This document shows positions 24,142 through 32,000 of a stretch of DNA of 32,000 nucleotides, piece after piece. The DNA is taken from NCBI RefSeq assembly GCF_900100435.1, contig NZ_FNEX01000007.1, positions 21,503-53,502 on the forward strand. Reading direction: 5' to 3'. The stretch comes from Pedobacter sp. ok626. Its GTDB lineage: Bacteria > Bacteroidota > Bacteroidia > Sphingobacteriales > Sphingobacteriaceae. Position 1 is the first letter of the stretch. Each line of letters starts with the position of its first letter. A program made the translations under genes and the position numbers. The notes below the pieces were generated by a model. That model was not told where the DNA came from. It saw only the letters and a program-made list of their open reading frames with translations, and searched no databases.

Positions 24142-25647
24142 TTAATCTGGATTTTGTACAATATTTGTACTTGTTTTTATTTCAGCATCCGGAATTTTTA
24201 ATAGCAGCTTATTACTATTCCAGGGAAGAGCACGGGTACCAGTCCCCACAGTTTTATGCATGCGACGCAAGTTATGTAAACGATCACCCTCAAAAGCCAA
24301 TTCCCTGATCCGTTCTTTTTGTACCTCAGCTAAAATATTAACGGCAGAAATGGGCACTGGTGCCTCAGCATATCCACTATTAACACGCTCCCGAACCAAG
24401 GTAAGATCTGCCAATGCATCAGCGTAAGCCTTTGCATCCGTTGTGGCTTTCATGGCATTAATTTCTGCCCGGTTTAAAAGTAATTCCGGAGAACGAATCA
24501 ATGGAATATTTTCGAGCACTTTGTTGTACTTTTTAGTGTACCTCTTCGTACCAACTATAGTAATCAGTGCATATCTGCCATCCACTTTCGCAGCAGGCGT
24601 AATTGTAAATTGCGCATCTGTTAAAAACTGAGAACTAATGGATAAATGAGGATTTACAGAAGTGCTATAAAGATACTTTCTAGTAATTGCAGTATTTATT
24701 GGTGAATTTGTAGCACTTATAAAATCAAAAATCGTTTCAGTAGGCGCACTGGCCTGGGCCCCGGTAGTATTGAAAGGGAATAGTGCAATTGTAGCTGCAT
24801 CTGCCGCAGTAATACCTGCCGGATAAACCTTACTGTTGCGATACAATCCAAATCGCTCCATTTTTCCTGCTTCAGGACCAATTACTTTATTCACTTGTAA
24901 TATGGTATTGGAATAATCGTTCATCTGAAAATAAACCCTTGCCAATATAGCCGATGCAACATACGTTGTCGCTTTCCCCCTTCTTGCTTGATAAGGAGGG
25001 AGCAATAACTCTGCTGCTTTAAGATCACTAATGATGGATTGATATACTTCTTCTACAGTAGCACGCCCCTGTCCAATAACTTCTTCAGGTTTAGTAACAT
25101 TAAAAACAGGTTTTGTTCTTAAAATTACCCCACTATTAGGTGCTGTAGAATTATAGCCATACTGATGTCCATAAAACCTGACCAGTTCAAAATAGGTCAG
25201 TGCACGGATAAATAATGCTTCTCCTTTTATTGCATCACGTTTAGTATCATAAAATTCAGGATCTTTTTCGCTGGTTATTATTTTATTATCTATTGCATAA
25301 ATAATGAGATTCGCATTTTGAATCGCCCTGTAAGCCAGACTCCAGCTTTTTTCATATTGGGCCGCTTTCATGTTACGATTAAACAACTCCACATATGGAT
25401 CATTTGGCAAATTCTCAGTTACATTAATTTCAACATGATCAGCCAATAATTCCGGAAAAACTTTCCAATATCCGGAAAGCGTTTCATCATGCGCTATCGC
25501 ACTATAAGCTCCATAAAGTAAATTATCTATGCTACTTGCCGATTCCAGAACATCATTTGTGGTCAACGTTGAATGATCAGTTTCTTCAATCTTCTTACAG
25601 CCAGAAAATATAGCAACTGTCAGTAATAAAAATATTATCTTCTTCAT
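24142..25647 (-). CDS. SusD/RagB-family outer-membrane lipoprotein (distal pair of a tandem array)
   Basis: 501 aa. Lipobox IFSGCKK. The C-terminus has IRSPELLLNRAEINAM and ERIRELAFEGDRLHNLRRM. It is a paralog of the 29564..31087 product (IRSAELVLSRAEIYAM, ERLRELAFEGDRLWNLKRL). Confidence 0.9.
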   Translation of the reverse strand: MKKIIFLLLTVAIFSGCKKIEETDHSTLTTNDVLESASSIDNLLYGAYSAIAHDETLSGYWKVFPELLADHVEINVTENLPNDPYVELFNRNMKAAQYEKSWSLAYRAIQNANLIIYAIDNKIITSEKDPEFYDTKRDAIKGEALFIRALTYFELVRFYGHQYGYNSTAPNSGVILRTKPVFNVTKPEEVIGQGRATVEEVYQSIISDLKAAELLLPPYQARRGKATTYVASAILARVYFQMNDYSNTILQVNKVIGPEAGKMERFGLYRNSKVYPAGITAADAATIALFPFNTTGAQASAPTETIFDFISATNSPINTAITRKYLYSTSVNPHLSISSQFLTDAQFTITPAAKVDGRYALITIVGTKRYTKKYNKVLENIPLIRSPELLLNRAEINAMKATTDAKAYADALADLTLVRERVNSGYAEAPVPISAVNILAEVQKERIRELAFEGDRLHNLRRMHKTVGTGTRALPWNSNKLLLKIPDAEIKTSTNIVQNPD

Positions 25648-25664
25648 TATACTTATTTTAATGA

Positions 25665-28580
25665 TTAAAAATTCAAGTTAAAGCCAGCAGCAAAAGTCCG
25701 TACCTGTGGAAGATCCATATAGGTGATCCCCTGGTACAGATTTCTATCCAGGCTGGCACTGTAATTTCCAGCTACTTCCGGGTCCCACCCTTTAAACTTA
25801 GTGATGGTAAACAGGTTCTGTGCAGAAACAAATAGTCTCGCATTTTTAATAAACTTAACTTTCTTCAGATCATTTTTGAAAGAATAACCTAACGTAATAT
25901 TCTTCATTCTAAGATAAGAGGCGTCATGTAAAAAACGGGTCGTATTACTGCCTGCAACCGGATCATTATAGACCAATCTTGGATAATCAGCATTTGTATT
26001 TTGTGGTGTCCAACGACCGATAGCAGCTTCCCGTAAATTATTCTCTCCTCTTAAATAACTCAAGTCACGTTCCCCCTCGTCCAATACATAGTTCCCATAA
26101 GAGAATGTCATTAACACACCTAAATCAAATCTCTTATAGGACAATGTATTATTTAAACCTCCAAAAAACTTTGGTGCTGAAGGTTTATCCGATTGGGCAA
26201 CTCTGGCATCATCTATTTGCGATGCGCTGGTTGCAGCCACTTTTTCACCTGCTAAATTATAAATCAATTCCTGACCAGTACTCGGATCTACACCGGCATA
26301 CTCAGCCAGATAGTATGTACCAACAGCTGATCCTACCTGTGTAATGATATTCTTATGATAACTCAGTTGCGCTGCGGTAAGTCCACCTAAATTTAAAATC
26401 TTATTTGAATTCGAAGTGACAACCAGGTCGCTCGTCCATTTAAGGTTCCTTCCAACCAAATTCTTACTGGAAATACTTACTTCCAAGCCCCTGTTACGCA
26501 TAGATCCTGCATTTATTAACAATGCAGATTCTACCACCCCTGCTGATAATGGTGCATTGTAAGCAAGGATCAGGTCATTAGTAACCTTGTTATAAAAATC
26601 AATTGTACCTGAAATTCTTTTATTTAAAATGGTATAATCTATACCCACATCAAACTGCGTTAATCTTTCCGGCTTCAAATCTGCAGTACCCAGACTTTGC
26701 ATATGCAGGCCTGTTTGCAGTAAGTAGCGAGAATCTAGATTTATATTCCATCTTTCCAATGAAGCATAATTTCCGATACCAGAATTTCCCGATTGACCAT
26801 AGCTTACTCTAAGTTTTAAGGAGTTGATGACAGCAGATTTTTTCAGGAAATCTTCTTCTGAAAGCAGCCATCCTACCGAAACTGCTGGCGATGTAACATA
26901 CTTATTGTTGGCGCCAAAGCGCGAAGATCCATCTGTACGAATGGTAGCCCCAGCTAAATATTTATCTTTAAAAACATAATTTGCATTTGCAAAAAAACCT
27001 AAAAAAGCAGCCGTATTAGCCACTAGCGCAAGTGGTGTTTTTTGATTTTTATAATTGGCAGTACTAGGTTCTCTGGTAAAATCATTTCCAAATCCCTCAC
27101 CTTCAGCAAAGAATATTGGATTTTCACTATAATTATATTCAACACCTGCTAAAGCTATGATCTTATGTTTTCCAATACTTTTTTTATAGTTTAGAGTACT
27201 ATGCCCATTATACAGGTTGTTTGAATATTTTTCATATCCTGCATATGCAGTCGGAAAACCCTCCCTTCCCGTACCAGAGCCAATGGAACCATTACGCACA
27301 ACTTTCGCCAGATAGTTGGAACGCTTAATGTAATACCTCTCCAATGAGGCATCTGTATTTAAAATCAGGTCTCTGTTAATGTTGTAAGTAAAGTTTGCTG
27401 ATAGAAAATACCTGGAAGTTTGCTCCTCATTGTTAAAGTATTCTTTAGATTGAAAAGCGTTCACATTATTTCCAGGCACATTAAACGTATTGGGGTTTAT
27501 TGCAGAAAACAATGATCCATCTGGGTTAAGATAAGGAAACACTGGTAAATTACTTTGCGCAGCGTTAAAGCCACCACCCACACTTCTACCAACCGGCATC
27601 GTACTGTGATTTGAATAGTACATACCCATATTAACCCCAATATTTAATCTTTTGGTGATTTGATTGGTTACTTTTAACCTGGTCGAATACCGCGTTAAAT
27701 CATTCCCATTCAAAACGCCTTCCTCATTACGATAAGCACCAGATAAGTAGAAATTAGTCTTGTCACTCCCGTAAGATGAAGTTAATGAAAGTTGCTGGAC
27801 ATTACCCATATTGAGCAGCTCATCCAGGTTGTCATTATCTGTAGCCTGCGCAAGCGCTCTGTCAAAACCAGGCCTAACAGGCAAGGGACCATTTCCGGTA
27901 CCACCACCATTTACCCAGGATTCATCTAACAATTGAAGATATTGGGCACCATTTAAGCTATTGATCCGTTTGGTTAAATCGGTGACCCCTTGATAGAAGT
28001 TGAAATTGATATCACTTTTATTTTTTTCACCCTTTTTAGTTGTGATCAAGATAACGCCATTGCCTCCCCTTGCACCATAAATGGCAGTAGAAGCAGCGTC
28101 TTTTAAAACTACAAGAGAAGCCACATCATCTATATTAAAATCACTTAATGGGTCAAATTGTGCACCCCAGTTACCCCCTGCTCCCTGTTCACTAACTTCA
28201 CGAGGGCCTGAATAAACAGGTACACCATCAATTACATATAAAGGTTCTGAATCTGCAAAAATGGAAGAGTTTCCTCTAATTCTGGCACTCACTGTGCTTC
28301 CAGGCATACCATTGGCCTGAACAATATGGAGTCCGGAAACTTGCCCAGCCAAAACACTTTTGATATTCTGGGGCAGCAGGTTCTTTAATTGTGTGGCTGA
28401 CACCGGGCTTACCGATCCTGAAATATATTTCCCAGGAATGGCATTGTACCCAATATGAACCAGCGGGCTATCTAAAGATTTAATCACTTTAACAGGCAAT
28501 TTGTTGTTTACCTGAGCCAAAGCAGTACCTGAAACTGTGAGGGCCATTATAAAGCTTAATATTTTTCTTATCATGAGCAT
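25665..28580 (-). CDS. SusC/RagA-family TonB-dependent transporter lacking both the STN and the CarboxypepD_reg-like N-terminal domains
   Basis: 971 aa. The signal peptide (ALTVSGTALAQ) is followed within about 25 residues by a degenerate TonB-box/plug entry (LVHIGYNAIPGKYISGSVSPVSATQL...GQVSGLHIVQANG). The plug is AIYGARGGNGVILITTKKG. The barrel ends in ...GFNLNF. The C-terminal region is paralogous to the partial SusC at 31098..32000 (DKPSAPKFFGG against DKPSAPKFYGG). Confidence 0.9.
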   Translation of the reverse strand: MLMIRKILSFIMALTVSGTALAQVNNKLPVKVIKSLDSPLVHIGYNAIPGKYISGSVSPVSATQLKNLLPQNIKSVLAGQVSGLHIVQANGMPGSTVSARIRGNSSIFADSEPLYVIDGVPVYSGPREVSEQGAGGNWGAQFDPLSDFNIDDVASLVVLKDAASTAIYGARGGNGVILITTKKGEKNKSDINFNFYQGVTDLTKRINSLNGAQYLQLLDESWVNGGGTGNGPLPVRPGFDRALAQATDNDNLDELLNMGNVQQLSLTSSYGSDKTNFYLSGAYRNEEGVLNGNDLTRYSTRLKVTNQITKRLNIGVNMGMYYSNHSTMPVGRSVGGGFNAAQSNLPVFPYLNPDGSLFSAINPNTFNVPGNNVNAFQSKEYFNNEEQTSRYFLSANFTYNINRDLILNTDASLERYYIKRSNYLAKVVRNGSIGSGTGREGFPTAYAGYEKYSNNLYNGHSTLNYKKSIGKHKIIALAGVEYNYSENPIFFAEGEGFGNDFTREPSTANYKNQKTPLALVANTAAFLGFFANANYVFKDKYLAGATIRTDGSSRFGANNKYVTSPAVSVGWLLSEEDFLKKSAVINSLKLRVSYGQSGNSGIGNYASLERWNINLDSRYLLQTGLHMQSLGTADLKPERLTQFDVGIDYTILNKRISGTIDFYNKVTNDLILAYNAPLSAGVVESALLINAGSMRNRGLEVSISSKNLVGRNLKWTSDLVVTSNSNKILNLGGLTAAQLSYHKNIITQVGSAVGTYYLAEYAGVDPSTGQELIYNLAGEKVAATSASQIDDARVAQSDKPSAPKFFGGLNNTLSYKRFDLGVLMTFSYGNYVLDEGERDLSYLRGENNLREAAIGRWTPQNTNADYPRLVYNDPVAGSNTTRFLHDASYLRMKNITLGYSFKNDLKKVKFIKNARLFVSAQNLFTITKFKGWDPEVAGNYSASLDRNLYQGITYMDLPQVRTFAAGFNLNF

Positions 28581-28603
28581 ATTTTTATAGATCGCTATAC
28601 TTC

Positions 28604-29524
28604 CTATTTCTTAATTTCTAAATCCACTTTATCATTACCTGGAGATTGTGCAGGTACAGGTGTACTTGTTATTAGATTTGAGATGGGTACATTGACCACC
28701 CTTATACCCACATAACTAAAAACATTATTCCTGTTTACCCTGGCGATATAATAACTGTTAGGCCTAAGCAACCCCATCCCTGGTACCAGTACATCGGCGT
28801 TAACAGAAAGTGTTGTAAATTGATTGGCAACAGCAATTGAATTAAAGGCTGCGGCATAAGTAGATGGGTTGGCCGTATATTTAGCAGCATCAGCCAACTT
28901 AAAAAGTGTATTATTCTGACTTGAAAAACCAGTTGTTAAGGGATAATCCTGGCCTCTATAAGACTGATAGCTGATATAAGTCACAAGATCTTTTGTTGTG
29001 GCCGGACCCGACACAGCCACACCAGCAGTATTTAATAAATCAAAGGCTGCGAATTTAAATATGGAATTTGAGGGTCTGTACAAGCGGACAGCCTGCAAAC
29101 CTAAACTTTTCATCTTCACTGTATATTCCCCTTCGTAAGTTCTACTTGCTGTAGTCCCTATAAATTTGAATTTCATATCTGCATCAATAACCACTGCTGA
29201 TGGTGGCAAAGCGTATTCAAATTCACCATTGCCAGCAGTAAATTCTGATGTTTCAGTTACATCAGGATATTGAGGCAATGAAACATAATCATTACTTCCC
29301 GGAAATTTAAAGCGAACACCAAAAGATGTTACGGGTTCCGGAGATTTAACCCTTACCTGAAATGTGATAATAGATCCGGGTAAAGCTTCCTGATAAGGCT
29401 TAACAGGGCTATATGATATACCTTCAGGAGGCGAAATCGTAACATCCCCCTCAACGCTCTTCCTACATCCCGATACCCAGGTTAATCCACATAGTAATAT
29501 CAGAACTAATATATATCTCATCAT
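28604..29524 (-). CDS. Hypothetical surface lipoprotein between two SusC/D pairs; candidate SusE/F-position glycan- or ligand-binding protein
   Basis: 306 aa. Lipobox TWVSGCRK. The sequence is beta-rich. The N-terminus looks like an Ig-like module (GSIITFQVRVKSPEPVTSFGVRFKF...EYTVKMK) followed by a second domain. I recognise no catalytic motif. Gaps to its neighbours are 39 nt and 23 nt, so it is probably co-transcribed. Confidence 0.6.
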   Translation of the reverse strand: MMRYILVLILLCGLTWVSGCRKSVEGDVTISPPEGISYSPVKPYQEALPGSIITFQVRVKSPEPVTSFGVRFKFPGSNDYVSLPQYPDVTETSEFTAGNGEFEYALPPSAVVIDADMKFKFIGTTASRTYEGEYTVKMKSLGLQAVRLYRPSNSIFKFAAFDLLNTAGVAVSGPATTKDLVTYISYQSYRGQDYPLTTGFSSQNNTLFKLADAAKYTANPSTYAAAFNSIAVANQFTTLSVNADVLVPGMGLLRPNSYYIARVNRNNVFSYVGIRVVNVPISNLITSTPVPAQSPGNDKVDLEIKK

Positions 29525-29563
29525 ATTATAAGTTATTGGAATAAAATATTTTGCTAATTTTTA

Positions 29564-31087
29564 TTAATAGTTATTTTCTAACAGCGGGTTTTTATCCTGT
29601 TCGGGTAAAAAGTACTTAAGCACTGTTTCCAATCCGTCCCAAGGCAATGGTGCAACAGAAGGGCGATTTCCAGGAGGAATATCAAGCTTAAGTCTTTTCA
29701 GGTTCCATAACCTGTCTCCCTCAAAGGCCAATTCCCTTAAACGCTCCGTTCGTATAGAATCCAATAAATCAGCCTGATTAATTGTAGGTAACAGCGGTGA
29801 AATTCCTGCACGCAATCTGGTTACATTACAATCTTTAACAGCAGCATCTATATTATTATCCATCGCATAAATTTCGGCACGGCTTAATACCAATTCGGCC
29901 GATCTTATCAATGGAAGACTTACCTGGGCCAGGAAGCCATATTTCGCCGGCATTAATTCTCCGGAAGATAAGGTTCTAAACAATTGTACTTTTCTCTGAT
30001 CTATATAGGGTGCTTTATTTGAGAATTTAGCAAGCTTTTCAAATGATGTAGAAGCTACCGAATTAACTCCTTGTGCATTAACAATGGTACCTGCTGTGGC
30101 TATTGTAAAAGCTTTAAATAAACTATAACCCTGACTGTTCCACCAATGACTATGGCCATTACCAGCATTCGGTTTTGTATCCATCCAAATAACTTCACTA
30201 TTTGTCAGATCCTGCTCTTCGCCACTCATAACCCAGACACCAGTAACATCAGGATGAAGTGCATGCCGGCTCAGACTCCCGGGAGTAGATCCAATTGTTC
30301 TATCAATTACCTCCCTGGCTTTAACATAGTTTTGTTGTTGAAAATAAACCCTGGCCAATACACCCCGGGCAGCATCTCTATAGGCTCGGCCATTATAATT
30401 TGGAGAATGTACGCCTGGAATAAACCTTTCTGGCAATAACTGTCCAGCTTTGATTAAATCATCTATAATAAACGCGTATACCTGTGCAACCGTAGCACGT
30501 CGCTTAATCTGGCTTTCCCTGTCTGAAACGGGTTCTTCGTTAATGATGATACCCGGGTGGGAATTATCCGGAGTAGCTCCCCAGGCTTTAGCGAAAAGTT
30601 TTACAAGCTGGAAGTGGCATACTGCACGCACAAAATAACACTCCCCCATTACCCGGTCTTTATTGGCCGCAAAATCCCTATCGTTCTTCGCAATGTCATT
30701 TTGAACAGCCCTGAGCGTTAAGGTCGCAGTATTGATGGAATTGTACATTTCCCGTAACTTGATGTTATTTACTCCCCTCAGATCAGTCGGCGTCATGGTC
30801 TCTTCTGCTACCGCACGCAAGTCTCTTTTGTAAAAATTAAGATAATTGGGGTAATTGTCCGGCTTATAGTATATTTCGTCAGACATGAGTACCGACCAAT
30901 GGGTATGATGTATCATATTGGCCATTGTAAAAAAATAGGAATAACCAACAGCCGCATCTACGCCATCCATGGTACGTAAAGCAACCTCTTCCACAGCGAC
31001 AAAAGCGGGAACAATCTCCAGTTTTTTTTCGCAGCCAATAAAACCCAATATTGGCAACATAAATAGTAAAAATATTTTCTTTTTCAT
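29564..31087 (-). CDS. SusD/RagB-family outer-membrane lipoprotein (proximal pair of a tandem array)
   Basis: 507 aa. Lipobox LGFIGCEKK. It lies 10 nt downstream of a SusC-like gene. The SusD C-terminal motifs are listed under feature 24142..25647. Confidence 0.9.
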   Translation of the reverse strand: MKKKIFLLFMLPILGFIGCEKKLEIVPAFVAVEEVALRTMDGVDAAVGYSYFFTMANMIHHTHWSVLMSDEIYYKPDNYPNYLNFYKRDLRAVAEETMTPTDLRGVNNIKLREMYNSINTATLTLRAVQNDIAKNDRDFAANKDRVMGECYFVRAVCHFQLVKLFAKAWGATPDNSHPGIIINEEPVSDRESQIKRRATVAQVYAFIIDDLIKAGQLLPERFIPGVHSPNYNGRAYRDAARGVLARVYFQQQNYVKAREVIDRTIGSTPGSLSRHALHPDVTGVWVMSGEEQDLTNSEVIWMDTKPNAGNGHSHWWNSQGYSLFKAFTIATAGTIVNAQGVNSVASTSFEKLAKFSNKAPYIDQRKVQLFRTLSSGELMPAKYGFLAQVSLPLIRSAELVLSRAEIYAMDNNIDAAVKDCNVTRLRAGISPLLPTINQADLLDSIRTERLRELAFEGDRLWNLKRLKLDIPPGNRPSVAPLPWDGLETVLKYFLPEQDKNPLLENNY

Positions 31088-31097
31088 CTTTATATGA

Positions 31098-32000
31098 TTA
31101 AAAACCTATGTTAAGACCTAAGGTTACTGACTTACTAAGCGGGATAACATTTCTGATCACACCGTAAGCGACATTCCGTTCTCTGTAGTTTGTTTGAATG
31201 GTTATAGCTTCAGGATCAACCCCTTTAAATTTAGTCCACATCCATAAGTTTTGTCCGGTCAAATTCACTCTAACAGACTTCATTTTTATCCTGGAAAGCA
31301 GCCTTTCAGGCAGTTCATACGAAATCTGCAGGTTTTTTAAACGTACGTAGGATGCGTCAGATAAGAAACGGGTAGTGTTCATAGAACGTAGTGGATTATT
31401 TTTATTGTCACTATAATACACCTTAGGAATATCACTATTCGGATTGTCTGGTGTCCATCTATTTAAAATAGATTCAGGAAGATTTCCGAGGAAAACATTC
31501 GCAATTTCCGAGTTATTTTTCAAACTGATATTACCAACATAGCTCATCGCTCTTTCACCCGCATCTAACAGATAGTTTCCAACCCGATAAGAGAAGAATA
31601 CATTCATGCTAAATGATTTATAAGAAAAAACATTACTAAAGCCACCATAAAATTTGGGAGCCGATGGTTTATCATATTGCGGTTTACGTGCATCGGCTAA
31701 TTGCTCAGCGGTTAAGCTCGTGGCTAAAACAGTGTTGTTATTTTTATCACGAATCAGCTCTCCTCCAGTAGCCGGGTCTACACCAACATACTCAACCAAA
31801 TAAAAAACTGGCGCATTTTTGCCTGGGTACAATTGCACATCACCCTGCCCACCGGATACGGTTTTAGGGTCCAGTCCTCCAAGACTTACTATTCTGGTAA
31901 TATTATGAGAAATATTAAATGATGATTTCCATTTAAAAGCCCCTGTAAGGATATTTGAATTGATGGAAAACTCTAATCCTTCATTATACAGACTACCACG
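31098..32000 (-). CDS. SusC/RagA-family TonB-dependent transporter, C-terminal about 300 aa (the gene continues beyond the right edge)
   Basis: The ORF track starts at a GTG at 31838. I translated upstream in the same frame and it stays open to 32000: ...RGSLYNEGLEFSINSNILTGAFKWKSSFNISHNITRIVSLGGLDPKTVSGGQGDVQLYPG... This aligns with EVSISSKNLVGRNLKWTSDLVVTSNSNKILNLGG of the 25665..28580 SusC. The C-terminus ...TLGLNIGF is a typical barrel end. Confidence 0.88.
   Translation of the reverse strand, partial: RGSLYNEGLEFSINSNILTGAFKWKSSFNISHNITRIVSLGGLDPKTVSGGQGDVQLYPGKNAPVFYLVEYVGVDPATGGELIRDKNNNTVLATSLTAEQLADARKPQYDKPSAPKFYGGFSNVFSYKSFSMNVFFSYRVGNYLLDAGERAMSYVGNISLKNNSEIANVFLGNLPESILNRWTPDNPNSDIPKVYYSDNKNNPLRSMNTTRFLSDASYVRLKNLQISYELPERLLSRIKMKSVRVNLTGQNLWMWTKFKGVDPEAITIQTNYRERNVAYGVIRNVIPLSKSVTLGLNIGF

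Overview
This window looks like a Bacteroidota chromosome, probably Sphingobacteriia (Pedobacter or Mucilaginibacter type). That guess rests on an AT-rich composition of roughly 40% GC by eye, SusC/SusD density and no Shine-Dalgarno dependence. It holds three SusC/SusD-type outer-membrane uptake loci, all on the minus strand, with a small plus-strand islet between them. (1) 1..7089: ECF sigma, FecR anti-sigma, STN-domain SusC, SusD and a lipoprotein that runs off the left edge. No enzymes are visible. (2) 7164..21048: a TPR/transmembrane/LuxR-HTH regulator, SusC, SusD, a GH2 LacZ-type beta-galactosidase, a GH63-like alpha-glucosidase, and a fusion of a hydroxylysine-kinase-like domain with an AGXT2L-type PLP phospho-lyase domain. 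The last three genes are separated by a 1-nt gap and a 4-nt ATGA overlap. (3) 24142..32000: a tandem SusC-SusD-lipoprotein-SusC-SusD array with no enzymes in view; the upstream SusC runs off the right edge. The islet (21149..24094, plus strand) carries a stand-alone ABC-type ATPase, a YdeI/OmdA-family protein and an APC amino-acid permease. The most interesting hypothesis is that locus 2 dismantles glucosyl-galactosyl-hydroxylysine, the collagen-type glycoside. Its three enzymes map one-to-one onto the Glc-alpha1,2-Gal bond, the Gal-beta-O-Hyl bond and the two-step kinase/phospho-lyase breakdown of hydroxylysine. This is inference from motifs I can read, not a database result. A second candidate is a DonS-like cis-antisense sRNA on the plus strand between the anti-sigma gene and the SusC gene of locus 1. 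I found no rRNA, tRNA, CRISPR array, transposase or integrase, and no obvious pseudogenes. All plus-strand ORFs nested inside the large minus-strand genes look like shadow ORFs.
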